The translations under genes and the position numbers were made by a program. Of a stretch of 64,000 nucleotides of DNA, positions 49,838 through 59,887 are shown in pieces. Under the pieces are notes generated by a model. It made no database searches and had not been told where the DNA came from. It saw only the letters and a list, made by a program, of their open reading frames with translations. Every line of letters begins with the position of its first letter. Position 1 is the stretch's first letter. The DNA is taken from assembly GCA_964469525.1 (NCBI GenBank), contig CAYXYU010000001.1, positions 266,144 to 330,143 of the forward strand, in the 5' to 3' direction. The stretch comes from an uncultured Rickettsiales bacterium. Its GTDB lineage: Bacteria > Pseudomonadota > Alphaproteobacteria > Rickettsiales > SXRF01.

Positions 49838-50932
49838 TTAACTTGTCACTGGGAGCCACACCGTAAAGCGGGTTCCGCCGTCGAGTTCCGGGTCGAGCTC
49901 GACCACCGCGCCGAGGTCTGCGGCGATCTTGGCGACGATGGCCAGCCCCAATCCGCGCCCTTGTTCCTTCGATGAAACAAAGGGTTCAAACAAATGCGGC
50001 CGGACATCCTCAGGAATGCCGGGGCCGTTATCCTCGATGGAAACACCGACCGACAGCTTTACCCTCTCCTCCCGATGCGAGCGGTAGCCGCTGCGGTAGA
50101 CAGTGGTGAAGGTAATGGTGCCGTCGAGTCGGTCTTTCAGCGCTTCAGCGGCATTCTTGACCAGATTCAGAAACAGCTGTACCAGCAGGTCGCGGTGTCC
50201 GATCACCTCAGGCAGCGAGGGGTCGTAGCGTTCATGGAAGGCGATATGGGTAGCAAAACCGTTTTGGGCTATCGAGAGGACATAGCGCAGTACCTCATGG
50301 ATATTGACCGGCTGGCGAGCTCCCGGCGCGCCTTCCGCAAAAATCTCCACCTGCGCCAGCAAGTCGCGGATGCGATCCGTCTCCATGCAGATGAGGTCTG
50401 TCAGTGCCTGCTGCTCGGGTATCACGTCTTCCTTCAACAGCTGCGCCGCGCCGCGTATGCCGGACAGCGGATTCTTCACCTCGTGGGCCAGCATGGCCGC
50501 CATGACGCCAGCGGCGCGCGTGGCCTCCTGCGCCCGCTCGCTGGCGCTCATCGGTTCGTGGCTGGCTTTGTCGATGGTGATGAGGAGTTGTTCTGCGCCC
50601 GCCACCGGCGTCAGGTGCAGGTTCACCGTGCGATGGTTCAGCGGCAGGCGCAGCGTCCAATCATACAGGTTCAGGCTTTCGCCGGAGGCGAATACCCGTT
50701 CGCACAGTGGCGCCAGCTCCGTGCAGCCTGATAAATCGGTGATGGGCTTATCCATGGACTGTGGGGCGCCGATGCCAAGCAGCCGCTCCGCTGCCGGGTT
50801 CAGGAAACGCACCGCCAGCGACGTATCAATAGCAAGCACGGCGGAGGGCAGTGCAGTGAGGTAAGCGTTAAACTCCTCCCCCTGTAAGGGAGGGGGGGCG
50901 GGGGGGCAGGATGAGCGTGACGCAGAGTTCAC
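49838..50932 (-). CDS. ntrB: Nitrogen regulation sensor kinase NtrB
   Basis: The product has a PAS domain, the H-box [12 protein letters not shown] and an HATPase_c domain. The start is proposed at the GTG at 50932, which forms a GTGA overlap with the dusB stop. The track ATG at 50971 overlaps dusB by 43 nt. Confidence 0.82.
   Translation of the reverse strand: MNSASRSSCPPAPPPLQGEEFNAYLTALPSAVLAIDTSLAVRFLNPAAERLLGIGAPQSMDKPITDLSGCTELAPLCERVFASGESLNLYDWTLRLPLNHRTVNLHLTPVAGAEQLLITIDKASHEPMSASERAQEATRAAGVMAAMLAHEVKNPLSGIRGAAQLLKEDVIPEQQALTDLICMETDRIRDLLAQVEIFAEGAPGARQPVNIHEVLRYVLSIAQNGFATHIAFHERYDPSLPEVIGHRDLLVQLFLNLVKNAAEALKDRLDGTITFTTVYRSGYRSHREERVKLSVGVSIEDNGPGIPEDVRPHLFEPFVSSKEQGRGLGLAIVAKIAADLGAVVELDPELDGGTRFTVWLPVTS
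50873..50895. repeat. Small G/C hairpin (CCTCCCCC...GGGAGGGG type) inside the ntrB 5' coding region
   Basis: The sequence CTCCTCCC-CCTGTAA-GGGAGGGG is translated in ntrB as PPPLQGEE. Related hairpins lie at 13006, 50977, 53447 and 57304-57445. Confidence 0.7.
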
Positions 50933-51975
50933 ATCATGGCCTCGGTAGAAGCAACGGTAATTGACCCCCACCTTGATCCTCCCCCTTCCAGGGGGAGGAC
51001 ACTATTGTCCAGCCCGTCATAGAACCGGCGGATTTCGTCTTTCACTTGTGCCGGGTCGGTGAGAGTATTGATACGTTGGCGGTAGGAAGCTGAGCCGTTC
51101 AAGCCCGAGGAATACCAGCCGATATGCTTGCGTGCCACCATGACGCCGTTCTCGACGCCGTAATGCGACAGCATTTCGTCATAATGGTTCAGCACGATGT
51201 CGCGCTGTTCATCGAGCGGCGGCGCGGGCGGTCTTTTCCCGGTGCGCAGGTAATGGCCCACCTGCGCCGGGAACCATGGGCGGCCATAAGAACCGCGCCC
51301 GATCATCACCCCGTCGGCACCGGATTCGAACAGCGCGCGATCGACCTCTTCGAAACTGGTAATGTCGCCATTGACGATCACCGGCAGCTTGGTTGCTCCT
51401 TTTACCGAGCGGATGAACTTCCAGTCGGCGTGACCTTTATACATCTGGCAGCGCGTGCGGCCGTGGACGGTTAGCATTTGGATGCCAGCCGCTTCCGCGA
51501 TTTTTGCCATGCGGGGGGCATTGCGACTGTTGTCGTCCCAACCGGTGCGCATCTTGAGCGTCACGGGAATCTTCACCGCTTTGACGGTAGCTTCGAGAAT
51601 TTTTCCTGCCAGTACTTCGTCGCGCATCAGGGCCGATCCGGCATGGCCACCGACAACCTTTTTCACCGGGCAACCGAAATTGATGTCGATGATGTGCGCG
51701 CCGCGGTCCTCGTTGAGCTTCGCCGCCTCGGCCATCACTTCCGGGTCGCAGCCCGCCAGCTGAATGGCGAAGGGGTACTCGCTCGGGCAGAAACTGCTCA
51801 TGCGCTTGAAGTTTTTATTGTCGATCAGCGCTGCCCGCGAGGCAATCATTTCGGATACGACCATCCCGACGCCGAAGCGCTTGGCCAGCCGGCGGAACGG
51901 CAGGTCGGACACGCCGGTCATCGGCGCCAGCCAGACCGGGTCTTTTACGGTAAGTGTACCGATGGTGATGCCCAT
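50929..51975 (-). CDS. dusB: tRNA-dihydrouridine synthase B (NifR3-like)
   Basis: The product has the [19 protein letters not shown] and VNGDI motifs. It sits directly upstream of ntrBC, as in other alphaproteobacteria. The start is taken at MGITIG (51975). Confidence 0.88.
   Translation of the reverse strand: MGITIGTLTVKDPVWLAPMTGVSDLPFRRLAKRFGVGMVVSEMIASRAALIDNKNFKRMSSFCPSEYPFAIQLAGCDPEVMAEAAKLNEDRGAHIIDINFGCPVKKVVGGHAGSALMRDEVLAGKILEATVKAVKIPVTLKMRTGWDDNSRNAPRMAKIAEAAGIQMLTVHGRTRCQMYKGHADWKFIRSVKGATKLPVIVNGDITSFEEVDRALFESGADGVMIGRGSYGRPWFPAQVGHYLRTGKRPPAPPLDEQRDIVLNHYDEMLSHYGVENGVMVARKHIGWYSSGLNGSASYRQRINTLTDPAQVKDEIRRFYDGLDNSVLPLEGGGSRWGSITVASTEAMM
50977..50999. repeat. Perfect 9-bp hairpin TCCTCCCCC-TTCCA-GGGGGAGGA inside the dusB 3' coding region
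   Basis: I read the hairpin directly. It is translated in dusB as VLPLEGGG. Confidence 0.8.
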
Positions 51976-52140
51976 AATACAATCCTGTGGCCTGCGAAGC
52001 AGGAGCACAGGATCTCTTGCCGCAACCATTTTCTCTTTGACTATCTCAAATTTGAGAGGATGATAACTACCTTAAATTATCACGTTTTTCAAGGGTTCCC
52101 GCACTCCAATGCTTGCGCGCTGGCCACAGGATGACAAAAT

Positions 52141-53316
52141 ATGAGCGAAACGACCATAGCCCTGCTGGTAGCGGGCGGGAAAAGCGAGCGCATGCAGGCG
52201 GATATACCCAAGCCCTACCTGCCGCTCGCCGGTGAGCCCATAATGCGGCGGGCGGCGGCGGCATTCCTTAATCACCCCGGCATTGACGGCGTGCGGGTGG
52301 TCATTCGCCGCGAGCATCATGGACTTTACAAGAAGGCCATGGACGGGTTGACGCTGTTCCCCTGCGTCGTGGGCGGCGATTCCAGGCAGGAATCAGTACG
52401 GCTGGGGCTGGAAAGCATTGTCGACCGTAAACCCCGCTACGTATTGGTTCATGATGTAGCCCGGCCTATGGTCAGCCAGGCGCTGATCTCGCGCGTGCTG
52501 GAGGGTTTGAAAACGCATCCCGCCGTCATTCCGGGGCTGCCGGTGGCCGATACGGTGAAGCGTGTTGAGAACGGGCGGATCAGCGCGACCGTCGCGCGGG
52601 AAGGCTTGTATGCCGTGCAGACGCCGCAGGGGTTCCATTTCGACGCGCTGTATGCGGCACATCAGCGCTTCAGGGGCGAACAGCTGACCGATGACGCAGC
52701 GCTGCTTGAAAAAGCGGGGAACGTAGTTACACTGGTCGGGGGTGAACGTGGAAACATCAAAATCACCACGGAAGCGGATTGGAAAGCCATGCAGTCGATG
52801 CTCAGCCAGCAGATGGAAACGCGCACCGGCTTCGGCTTTGACGTGCATGCCTTGAAGCTGCATGATGGCGGCTCGCAGCAGCAGATCAAGTTGTGCGGCG
52901 TGCGGATTCCCTTCACACATTACCTGGAGGGGCACTCCGACGCTGATGTCGGATTGCACGCGCTGGTCGATGCCATATTGGGGGCGATCGGCGCCGGCGA
53001 TATCGGCATGCATTTTCCGCCGGAGGACCCCAAGTGGCAGGGCGCCGATTCGGAGCGATTTCTCCTGCACGCCTATCAACTGTTGCACCGCAAAGGTGGT
53101 GAACTGGTGCATCTCGATGTGACGCTGATCTGCGAGCGCCCGAAAATCGCTACCTACCGGGAGCAGATGCGAAACCATATCGCGCAGCTGCTGAAGCTGC
53201 CGGTGGAGCGTATCAGTGTCAAAGCGACAACGACGGAAAAACTCGGCTTCACCGGCCGCGGCGAAGGCATCGCGGCGCAGGCAGTGGCAACGGTGAGGTT
53301 GCCTGCGGTGGTATAA
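52141..53316 (+). CDS. ispDF: Bifunctional MEP cytidylyltransferase / MEcPP synthase
   Basis: The N-terminal IspD part shows LVAGGKSERM. The C-terminal IspF part shows GFGFDVHAL...GHSDADVGLHALVDA. Confidence 0.9.
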   Translation: MSETTIALLVAGGKSERMQADIPKPYLPLAGEPIMRRAAAAFLNHPGIDGVRVVIRREHHGLYKKAMDGLTLFPCVVGGDSRQESVRLGLESIVDRKPRYVLVHDVARPMVSQALISRVLEGLKTHPAVIPGLPVADTVKRVENGRISATVAREGLYAVQTPQGFHFDALYAAHQRFRGEQLTDDAALLEKAGNVVTLVGGERGNIKITTEADWKAMQSMLSQQMETRTGFGFDVHALKLHDGGSQQQIKLCGVRIPFTHYLEGHSDADVGLHALVDAILGAIGAGDIGMHFPPEDPKWQGADSERFLLHAYQLLHRKGGELVHLDVTLICERPKIATYREQMRNHIAQLLKLPVERISVKATTTEKLGFTGRGEGIAAQAVATVRLPAVV

Positions 53317-53320
53317 TATC

Positions 53321-53393
53321 GTCATTCCCGCGAAGGCGGGAATCCATGCTTCTCCATTTGCGTGGCATGGATACCGGCCTGCGCCGGGATGAC
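53321..53393. repeat. 73-bp two-hairpin element of the GTCAT...ATGAC class
   Basis: GTCATTCCCGCGAAGGCGGGAATCCAT is followed by a spacer and then GGATACCGGCCTGCGCCGGGATGAC. It starts 4 nt after the ispDF stop. Confidence 0.85.
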
Positions 53394-53414
53394 AGGAAGA
53401 TTAGTGAGGAATAA

Positions 53415-53993
53415 ATGGAACAAAACGGAATAAAAGATACCCCCCCACCCTTTCCTCTCCATCAAGGGGAGAGGGTAAATAAGTGGTGGTGGTACATCGC
53501 CACCTGGTTCGGTTGCGGGCTATCGCCGAAGGTGCCGGGGACGGTGGGCTCGCTCGGCGCGCTGCCGGTCGGGTATGTCATCCATGTGACGCTCGGCGGC
53601 TTTGGATTGCTTGCCGCTTCGGTGCTGATGTTCCTGCTCGGCTGGTGGGCGTCGAACGAATACCTGAAACGCTATGGCGGCGACGACCCCGGGCAAATTG
53701 TGGCGGATGAGGTGGCGGGCCAGTGGCTGGTGCTGTCGGTGCTGTTTCCGACCTGGCAGTCGTATCTCGTGGCGTTTCTGTTGTTCCGTCTGTTCGATAT
53801 CGTGAAGCCATGGCCAGTATCGCTCGCTGATGAAAAAATCAAAGGCGGTCTCGGCGTAATGTTCGATGACATGCTGGCGGGGTTGTATCCGGTGCTGATC
53901 TACCTATGTATCCTGCTTGAGGCGCAGCTTTTCGGTTCGCAGGAAATACTGCTGCCGGTGATGAATTTCCTGGGTGGAAGTTATGTTCAGTAA
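53415..53993 (+). CDS. pgpA: Phosphatidylglycerophosphatase A
   Basis: The product has the FGCGLSPKVPGTVGSLGALP and FRLFDIVKPWP motifs. The N-terminal 25 aa include a hairpin-encoded PPPFPLHQGERV segment (53447-53476). Confidence 0.82.
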   Translation: MEQNGIKDTPPPFPLHQGERVNKWWWYIATWFGCGLSPKVPGTVGSLGALPVGYVIHVTLGGFGLLAASVLMFLLGWWASNEYLKRYGGDDPGQIVADEVAGQWLVLSVLFPTWQSYLVAFLLFRLFDIVKPWPVSLADEKIKGGLGVMFDDMLAGLYPVLIYLCILLEAQLFGSQEILLPVMNFLGGSYVQ

Positions 53994-54471
53994 AGCGCTG
54001 GTGAAAGAAGCTTCCGAACTGCTGGCGGCCTATGCCGACAAGGGCTTCAGGCTGGCCATCGCCGAGTCCTGCACGGGCGGGCTGATCGGCGTGCTGCTGA
54101 CGGAAGTGCCGGGTGCGTCCGACGTGATGGATCGCGGTTTCATCACCTATTCCAATGAGGCGAAAACCGAGGTGCTGGGCGTCGACAAGGCGCTGATTGC
54201 AAAACATGGCGCGGTGAGCAAAGAAGTGGCCGAGGCGATGGCAAAGGGTGCGCGCGGCAAGGCAAAAACCGACATTGGCCTGTCGGTGACCGGCATCGCC
54301 GGGCCGGGTGGCGGCAGTAAGGAAAAGCCGGTGGGATTGGTCTATATCGCGGTGGCGACCGATAAGGAAACGGTGGTGGAGAAAAACCTCTTCCAGGGCG
54401 ACCGCAACGCTGTCCGCATGGCGAGCGTCGCCAAGGCGGTGGAGATGTTAAAAGACGTAATTGCTAAATAA
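53980..54471 (+). CDS. CinA C-terminal domain / nicotinamide-nucleotide amidase (PncC-like)
   Basis: The product has the LAIAESCTGGLIG and GLSVTGIAGPGGGS motifs. Confidence 0.82.
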   Translation, partial: VMFSKALVKEASELLAAYADKGFRLAIAESCTGGLIGVLLTEVPGASDVMDRGFITYSNEAKTEVLGVDKALIAKHGAVSKEVAEAMAKGARGKAKTDIGLSVTGIAGPGGGSKEKPVGLVYIAVATDKETVVEKNLFQGDRNAVRMASVAKAVEMLKDVIAK

Positions 54472-54473
54472 CT

Positions 54474-54555
54474 GTCATCCCGGCGAAGGCCGGGATCCAT
54501 GCCCATACCCATTCGCAAGCGGAAAAGCATGGATTCCCGCCTACATGGGAATGAC
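54474..54555. repeat. 82-bp two-hairpin element of the GTCAT...ATGAC class
   Basis: GTCATCCCGGCGAAGGCCGGGATCCAT is followed by a spacer and then GGATTCCCGCCTACATGGGAATGAC. It lies 2 nt after the cinA-like stop and 4 nt from the glmU stop. Confidence 0.85.
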
Positions 54556-54559
54556 AAAC

Positions 54560-55948
54560 TTATCTACGTTGGCCTTTAACCGCTTTTGTACTTTTCTTTT
54601 TTGGTAGGGTTTTTTTAGCCTGTGATGATTTTTTGCGCTTCTTCTTATTCACCTGCCGGCCGCGCGCGATGGCGAGCGACTTGGCCGGAACGTCCTCGGT
54701 AATCACGCTTCCGGCACCGACAACGGCCCCTTCGCCCACCGTGACCGGGGCGACCAGCGCCGTGTTCGAGCCGATGAAGGCGTTGCTGCCGATGATGGTG
54801 CGGTATTTATTTTTGCCGTCGTAATTGCAGGTGATGGTGCCGGCGCCGATATTGGCGTCCTCGCCTACTTCCGCATCGCCGACATAGCTCAGATGATTGG
54901 CTTTTGCCCCCTTGCCTAGCGTCGATTTCTTGAGTTCGACAAAATTACCGACATGCGCGCCCTCGCCGATGACGCTGCCGGGCCGCAGCCGCGCGAACGG
55001 GCCGATGACGGCATCCTGCCCGATGGCGGCGCCTTCGATATGCGAGAAGGAGCGGATTTCCGCATGGTCGGCGATGCTGACGCCCAGCCCCAGCACTACC
55101 TGCGGATGGATGGTGATGTCGCGCCCTAGCTGCGTATCGATGCTGAAATAGACGCTTTCCGGATCGATCAGCGTTACTCCTTGCTCCATCGCCTGCCGGC
55201 GCAGCCAGTGCTGCACCAGCGCTTCTGCCTCCGCTAGCTGGGCGCGCGAATTGATGCCGGAAAGCTCTAGCGGATCGGCTTCAAGCGCAGCGCAGCGCAG
55301 CCCTTCAGCGCAGGCAATGGCGATCAGGTCGGTCAGGTAATATTCCTGCGCCGCATTGGTGTTCTTCAGGCGGCGCAGCAGGGAGAACAGATGCTTCCCG
55401 CTGATAGCCATAACGCCGGAGTTGCACAGCGTGTTTTCCCGCTGCTTTGGTGTGGCGTCCTTTTCCTCGACGATGGCGCGAAGCTGCCCCTCGCCGTCGA
55501 TCTCCAACCTCCCGTAGCCGGTGGGGTCATCAATCCGCATGCCGAGCACCACGATATCCGACTGCTCGGCGGCATGCTGCATGTGGTGCAGCGTATGCGG
55601 CGAAATCAGCGGCGTGTCACCGTAGAGCACCAGCACGGTGCCGTCGTAGCCGGCCAGTTCTTTTTCCGCCGCCTGCACGGCGTGGCCGGTACCCAGCTGC
55701 TCCTGCTGCATGGCGAAGCGGCAATCGGGCATGATATTGTGCGCCGCCTGCCGTACTTCGTCCATATGCGGGGCGATCACCACCACGGTCTTTTGCGGCT
55801 CCAGCGTCGAAAGCGCCGAAAGCACATGCGCGATCAAGGGCCAGCCAGCCAGGCGGTGCATCACCTTCGGCAGGTCGGACTGCATGCGCTTGCCCTTGCC
55901 TGCCGCCAGCACCACGGCGGCGAATTTATGCTTGTGATCGTGTCCCAT
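54560..55948 (-). CDS. glmU: Bifunctional UDP-N-acetylglucosamine pyrophosphorylase / GlcN-1-P acetyltransferase
   Basis: The product has LAAGKGKRM and left-handed beta-helix hexapeptide repeats. The start is taken at MGHDHKHKF (55948). It has an unusual Lys-rich tail of about 30 aa. Confidence 0.88.
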   Translation of the reverse strand: MGHDHKHKFAAVVLAAGKGKRMQSDLPKVMHRLAGWPLIAHVLSALSTLEPQKTVVVIAPHMDEVRQAAHNIMPDCRFAMQQEQLGTGHAVQAAEKELAGYDGTVLVLYGDTPLISPHTLHHMQHAAEQSDIVVLGMRIDDPTGYGRLEIDGEGQLRAIVEEKDATPKQRENTLCNSGVMAISGKHLFSLLRRLKNTNAAQEYYLTDLIAIACAEGLRCAALEADPLELSGINSRAQLAEAEALVQHWLRRQAMEQGVTLIDPESVYFSIDTQLGRDITIHPQVVLGLGVSIADHAEIRSFSHIEGAAIGQDAVIGPFARLRPGSVIGEGAHVGNFVELKKSTLGKGAKANHLSYVGDAEVGEDANIGAGTITCNYDGKNKYRTIIGSNAFIGSNTALVAPVTVGEGAVVGAGSVITEDVPAKSLAIARGRQVNKKKRKKSSQAKKTLPKKKSTKAVKGQRR

Positions 55949-56011
55949 CGGTCTAGAATCCCCGTTTAGGGACTGCATACTGCAAAATAAGAGCAAAACA
56001 TAGGGGATTTT

Positions 56012-57295
56012 ATGGAGGCGCTGTTCGCGCTGTTCGGGGCGATGCTTGGCGGCGGGCTGGCCTGGACGGCATTCAGGAACCGGTCCATGCATACCGTCAG
56101 CCGTTCCCAGTATGACGAGGTGGTGAAAGAGCGCGTGGCCATAGCCACCCGGTTAGAATCGGCGCAGGAGACGCTGGAGAACGTGCAGCGCGAGCTGACC
56201 GCCTACCGCGAGCGGGCGGTGACGGCGGAGGCGGAGAATAAGGCGCTCAGCACGCGCCTCTCCGAGCAGCAGGAGCAGCTGCGGCTGGAGTTCAGCAATA
56301 TGGCCAATGCCATGCTGGAAAATATGGGCAAGAAATTTTCTACCCAGTCGGAGGAAAAGCTTGGCATGCTCTTGCACCCGGTGCAGCAGCGGCTGAACGA
56401 GTTCAAGGAGCTGGTGACCAAATCTTTCATCGATCATGGCAAGGAACAGCACACGCTGAAAGCCGAGATCGAAAAAATCGTGCTGCAGGCCGACAGTCTG
56501 ACCAGGGCGCTGCGCGGCGACGTCAAGGCACAGGGCAACTGGGGCGAGATCATGCTGGAGCGCATCCTCGAGGAATCGGGGTTGCGCGCCGGGGAGGATT
56601 ATATCGTGCAGGGCGCGGACATGAAGCTGACCGGCACTGACGGCAACCGGTTGCAGCCCGACGTTATCGTGCGCCTGCCGGACAAGAAGCACATCATTGT
56701 CGATTCCAAAGTGTCGCTGGTCGACTATGAGCGTTTCTGCGGCGAAATCGACGACACAGCACGGGCGCTGCATATAAAAAATTTTCTCAAATCCGTGCGC
56801 AACCATGTTACCGGGCTGGAGCAGAAGAAATACCAGAATATCGACTCGTTGGGCACGCCTGATTTGGTGCTGTTGTTCATGCCGACGGAAGGTTCCTTCT
56901 CATTCGCCATGCAGCATGATCCAGAACTGCATACGTTCGCATGGAATAAGAAAATCAATATCGTCAGCCCTACCACCCTGTTTTCCAACCTGCGCACCAT
57001 CGCCTCGCTGTGGAGTATCGAGCGGCAGAATCGCCACGCGCAGGAGATCGCCCGGCAGGCCGGGGCGTTGTACGATAAATTCGCCGGCTTCATCGAGGAC
57101 ATGCAGGGCATCGACCGCCATATCAAGCGTCTGCATGAGAGTTACGATCAGGCGATGAATAAACTTTCCTCGGGCCGCGGCAATCTCATCACCAGTGTCG
57201 AGAAGCTGAAAGCGCTCGGCGTGAAAAGTTCTAAGTCGCTGCCGGTTGGCGAGGCAGAGGAAACGGCGCTGATCGAGGCGGAGAAGGTGGCGTAG
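56012..57295 (+). CDS. rmuC: DNA recombination protein RmuC
   Basis: The product has an N-terminal TM, a long coiled coil and a C-terminal RmuC nuclease-like domain (PDVIVRLPDKKHIIVDSK...FMPTEG). Confidence 0.82.
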   Translation: MEALFALFGAMLGGGLAWTAFRNRSMHTVSRSQYDEVVKERVAIATRLESAQETLENVQRELTAYRERAVTAEAENKALSTRLSEQQEQLRLEFSNMANAMLENMGKKFSTQSEEKLGMLLHPVQQRLNEFKELVTKSFIDHGKEQHTLKAEIEKIVLQADSLTRALRGDVKAQGNWGEIMLERILEESGLRAGEDYIVQGADMKLTGTDGNRLQPDVIVRLPDKKHIIVDSKVSLVDYERFCGEIDDTARALHIKNFLKSVRNHVTGLEQKKYQNIDSLGTPDLVLLFMPTEGSFSFAMQHDPELHTFAWNKKINIVSPTTLFSNLRTIASLWSIERQNRHAQEIARQAGALYDKFAGFIEDMQGIDRHIKRLHESYDQAMNKLSSGRGNLITSVEKLKALGVKSSKSLPVGEAEETALIEAEKVA

Positions 57296-57303
57296 GCTAC
57301 TAT

Positions 57304-57445
57304 CCCCTCTCCCGCATTGCGGGAGAGGGTTAGGGTGAGGGTGAGGGCACTTGGTTTATAGTGCGAGAAAGCGCCCTCACCCGGTTTCCTAAGACTTGCT
57401 GCGCAAGCCTAAGGAAACCGGCCTCTCCCTCAATGAGGGAGAGGC
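57304..57445. repeat. Stack of four consecutive stem-loops between rmuC and era
   Basis: The four hairpins are CCCCTCTCCCGCATTGCGGGAGAGGG, GGGTGAGGGC...GCCCTCACCC, GGTTTCCTAAGACTTGCTGCGCAAGCCTAAGGAAACC and GCCTCTCCCTCAATGAGGGAGAGGC. Confidence 0.8.
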
Positions 57446-57449
57446 GAAT

Positions 57450-58346
57450 TTACTTTTTATACTCCAGCCCCAGCGTGCGGTAGCTCTCGATATCCTCTTT
57501 CCAGCCGGGGCGGACTTTGACGAACAGCTCGAGATGCACTTTTTTTTCCGTCAGTGACTCCAGCTCCTTGCGGGCGCTGATGCCAATCGATTTGATCATC
57601 GCACCCTTCGTCCCGATGGCGATTTTCTTCTGACCCTCGCTCTGCACGATAATAACTTGCGCGATACGGATGCCGTTCTCCTTTTCCTCCCATGTCTCGG
57701 TATCGACGAAGATGGCGTAAGGCAGTTCTTGCTTCAGCTTCAGGAAAATCTTCTCGCGGGTGATCTCGGCGGCGAGCAGGCGCATCGGGATATCGCTCAT
57801 CTGGTCTTCGGGATAGAGAAACGGCCCTTCCGGCATGGCGGCGGCGAGGTGCTTCTTGATATCCTCCACCCCGTCTCCCTTCAGCGCCGAAATCATGAAG
57901 ATACGGGTGAAGATACCTTCTGTATCGCATTGCTTCGCCAGATCGAATAGTTTTTCTTTTCCGATGGCATCGATCTTATTGAGGGCGAGGAATACGGGTT
58001 TGGAATGTTCCTTCAGCCGCCTGATCAGTTGCCTCGTACTTTCCCGCAATCCCGCTTTCGCATCGACCACCAGCAGCACGGCGTCGGCATCGGCGATACC
58101 GGCCCATGCCGCCAGCACCATCGCCTGCTCGAACCGCTTCGGCGCGTCGAAGATGCCCGGCGTATCGACGAAGATTATCTGGGTAGATGCGTAGTTGCAG
58201 ATGGCGCGGATATTGAAGCGCGTTGTCTGCACTTTTGGGGTGACGATGGAGAGCTTATTGCCGGCCAGCGCATTCAACAGCGTCGACTTGCCGGCATTTG
58301 GCTCACCGACGATAGCGACAAAGCCGCAGCGTTGCGGGTTAGTCAT
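57450..58346 (-). CDS. era: GTPase Era
   Basis: The product has the G motifs GEPNAGKST, DTPG and NKID, plus a C-terminal KH domain. Confidence 0.92.
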   Translation of the reverse strand: MTNPQRCGFVAIVGEPNAGKSTLLNALAGNKLSIVTPKVQTTRFNIRAICNYASTQIIFVDTPGIFDAPKRFEQAMVLAAWAGIADADAVLLVVDAKAGLRESTRQLIRRLKEHSKPVFLALNKIDAIGKEKLFDLAKQCDTEGIFTRIFMISALKGDGVEDIKKHLAAAMPEGPFLYPEDQMSDIPMRLLAAEITREKIFLKLKQELPYAIFVDTETWEEKENGIRIAQVIIVQSEGQKKIAIGTKGAMIKSIGISARKELESLTEKKVHLELFVKVRPGWKEDIESYRTLGLEYKK

Positions 58347-58989
58347 CGGTGAGCCTCTCCAGCAGCAGCCGTGCCGCTTCCTGTTCGGCGGCGCGTTTGG
58401 AGGCGGCTTCGGCTTGGGCGGGAGGATGACCCTCTACGGTAACTTCGATGGTGAAGCGTGGGGCATGGGCGACGCCGCCGGTGGCGGCGATGCGGTAATT
58501 TGGAATCGGTAGGCCCCTCGCCTGCGCCCATTCCTGCAGGGCGGTTTTGGCATCCTTGGGTGGGGCCTCAATGCGGCCTGCCAGTTCCTTCCAGCGCGGC
58601 ACGATGAAGGCCTCAACGGCTTCCATGCCGCCATCGAGCAGCATGGCGCCGATCAGTGCTTCCAGCGCATCCTCGAGGTTGGAGGGATTGTCGCGCCCAC
58701 CCTTCTCACTGGCGCCCATATGCAGCGCCTCGCCCAACTGAATCCCGCGCGCCACCTGCGCCAGCGTCTCGCGGCGCACCAGCCCGGCCAGCCGGCGCGC
58801 CAGCTCGCCTTCCTGCTCGTTCGGATACAGGTCATAGAGCAGCCGTGCCACGATGGCGCCGAGCACGGCGTCGCCCAGGAATTCCAGCCGCTGGTTGCTC
58901 GGGGATTTTACGACGCTTGGATGGGTCAGCGCCAGGGTCAGCAGCTTTCCGTCGCGGAATCGGTAACCTATGCGTTCCTCGAGCGTCAT
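58339..58989 (-). CDS. rnc: Ribonuclease III
   Basis: The product has the RNase III signature NQRLEFLGDAV and a C-terminal dsRBD. The start at 58989 forms an ATGA overlap with the lepB stop. Confidence 0.9.
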   Translation of the reverse strand: MTLEERIGYRFRDGKLLTLALTHPSVVKSPSNQRLEFLGDAVLGAIVARLLYDLYPNEQEGELARRLAGLVRRETLAQVARGIQLGEALHMGASEKGGRDNPSNLEDALEALIGAMLLDGGMEAVEAFIVPRWKELAGRIEAPPKDAKTALQEWAQARGLPIPNYRIAATGGVAHAPRFTIEVTVEGHPPAQAEAASKRAAEQEAARLLLERLTDD

Positions 58990-59753
58990 TTCAAGGATTG
59001 GAAGAAACGGCCAAAGCGCATGGCGGTGAACCAGCTGATGATGTTCCCCCATGAAGCCGTGCCGTCCGTCGAGAAGAAGATAATCTCGGCGCGGCCGACC
59101 AGGTTTTCCTCCGGTACGTAACCGATATCGGGGAAACGGCTGTCGCGTGAGCGGTCGCGATTGTCGCCCATCATGAAATAATGCCCCTCCGGAATATGGA
59201 ATACCGGCGTGTTGTCGGCGTTGCCGTAGCGCTTTTCGTCCAGCACAGTGATGTTGCGCCCGTTCGGCAGGGTTTCAACATAGCGGGGAATGGTTTGAAT
59301 ATCGTTGGGGTTTTCCATGTCTACGAAGTCGTCGATGCGGCGGCGCGGGACCGGCGTGCCGTTGATATAGACGATGCCGTCCTGCACCTGGATGCTTTCA
59401 CCCGGCAGGCCGATGACGCGCTTGATGAAGTCGATGCGAGGGTTGGCCGGCTCGCGGAACACGACGACATCGCCGCGCTCCGGCTTGCCCGGCTGCAGGA
59501 TGCGTCCTTCGAACAGCGGGAAGCCGAACGGGAAGGAATAGCGGCTGTAGCCGTAGGCGTATTTGGAGACGAAGATGTAGTCCTTGACCAGCAGCGTGCC
59601 TTTCATCGACCCTGAGGGGATATGAAAGGGCTCGAAGGCGAGGCTCCTGAATACCACCGCGATCAGCAGCGCGATGATGATGGTTTTGATAGTTTCGTCC
59701 CAGGAATGGTGTTTTTCGGGCTGGCCGGCGGGATTCGGGGAGGTTTTGGTCAT
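58986..59753 (-). CDS. lepB: Signal peptidase I
   Basis: The product has a TM anchor, the catalytic PSGSM box, the GDVVVF and RVIGLPGE boxes, and GDNRDRSRDSR. Confidence 0.9.
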   Translation of the reverse strand: MTKTSPNPAGQPEKHHSWDETIKTIIIALLIAVVFRSLAFEPFHIPSGSMKGTLLVKDYIFVSKYAYGYSRYSFPFGFPLFEGRILQPGKPERGDVVVFREPANPRIDFIKRVIGLPGESIQVQDGIVYINGTPVPRRRIDDFVDMENPNDIQTIPRYVETLPNGRNITVLDEKRYGNADNTPVFHIPEGHYFMMGDNRDRSRDSRFPDIGYVPEENLVGRAEIIFFSTDGTASWGNIISWFTAMRFGRFFQSLK

Positions 59754-59887
59754 GATTCCTGCGTTTTAGGGGTGGCAAACGACCGGATATACTTAGTCAT
59801 CCTGACCGGCTTATGCAATGGCAATTAAGCCTTTTTTAGTCAAAACCACCTTATACTGAAACCTTTCGTTCCGAATGAAGGAGTGCG

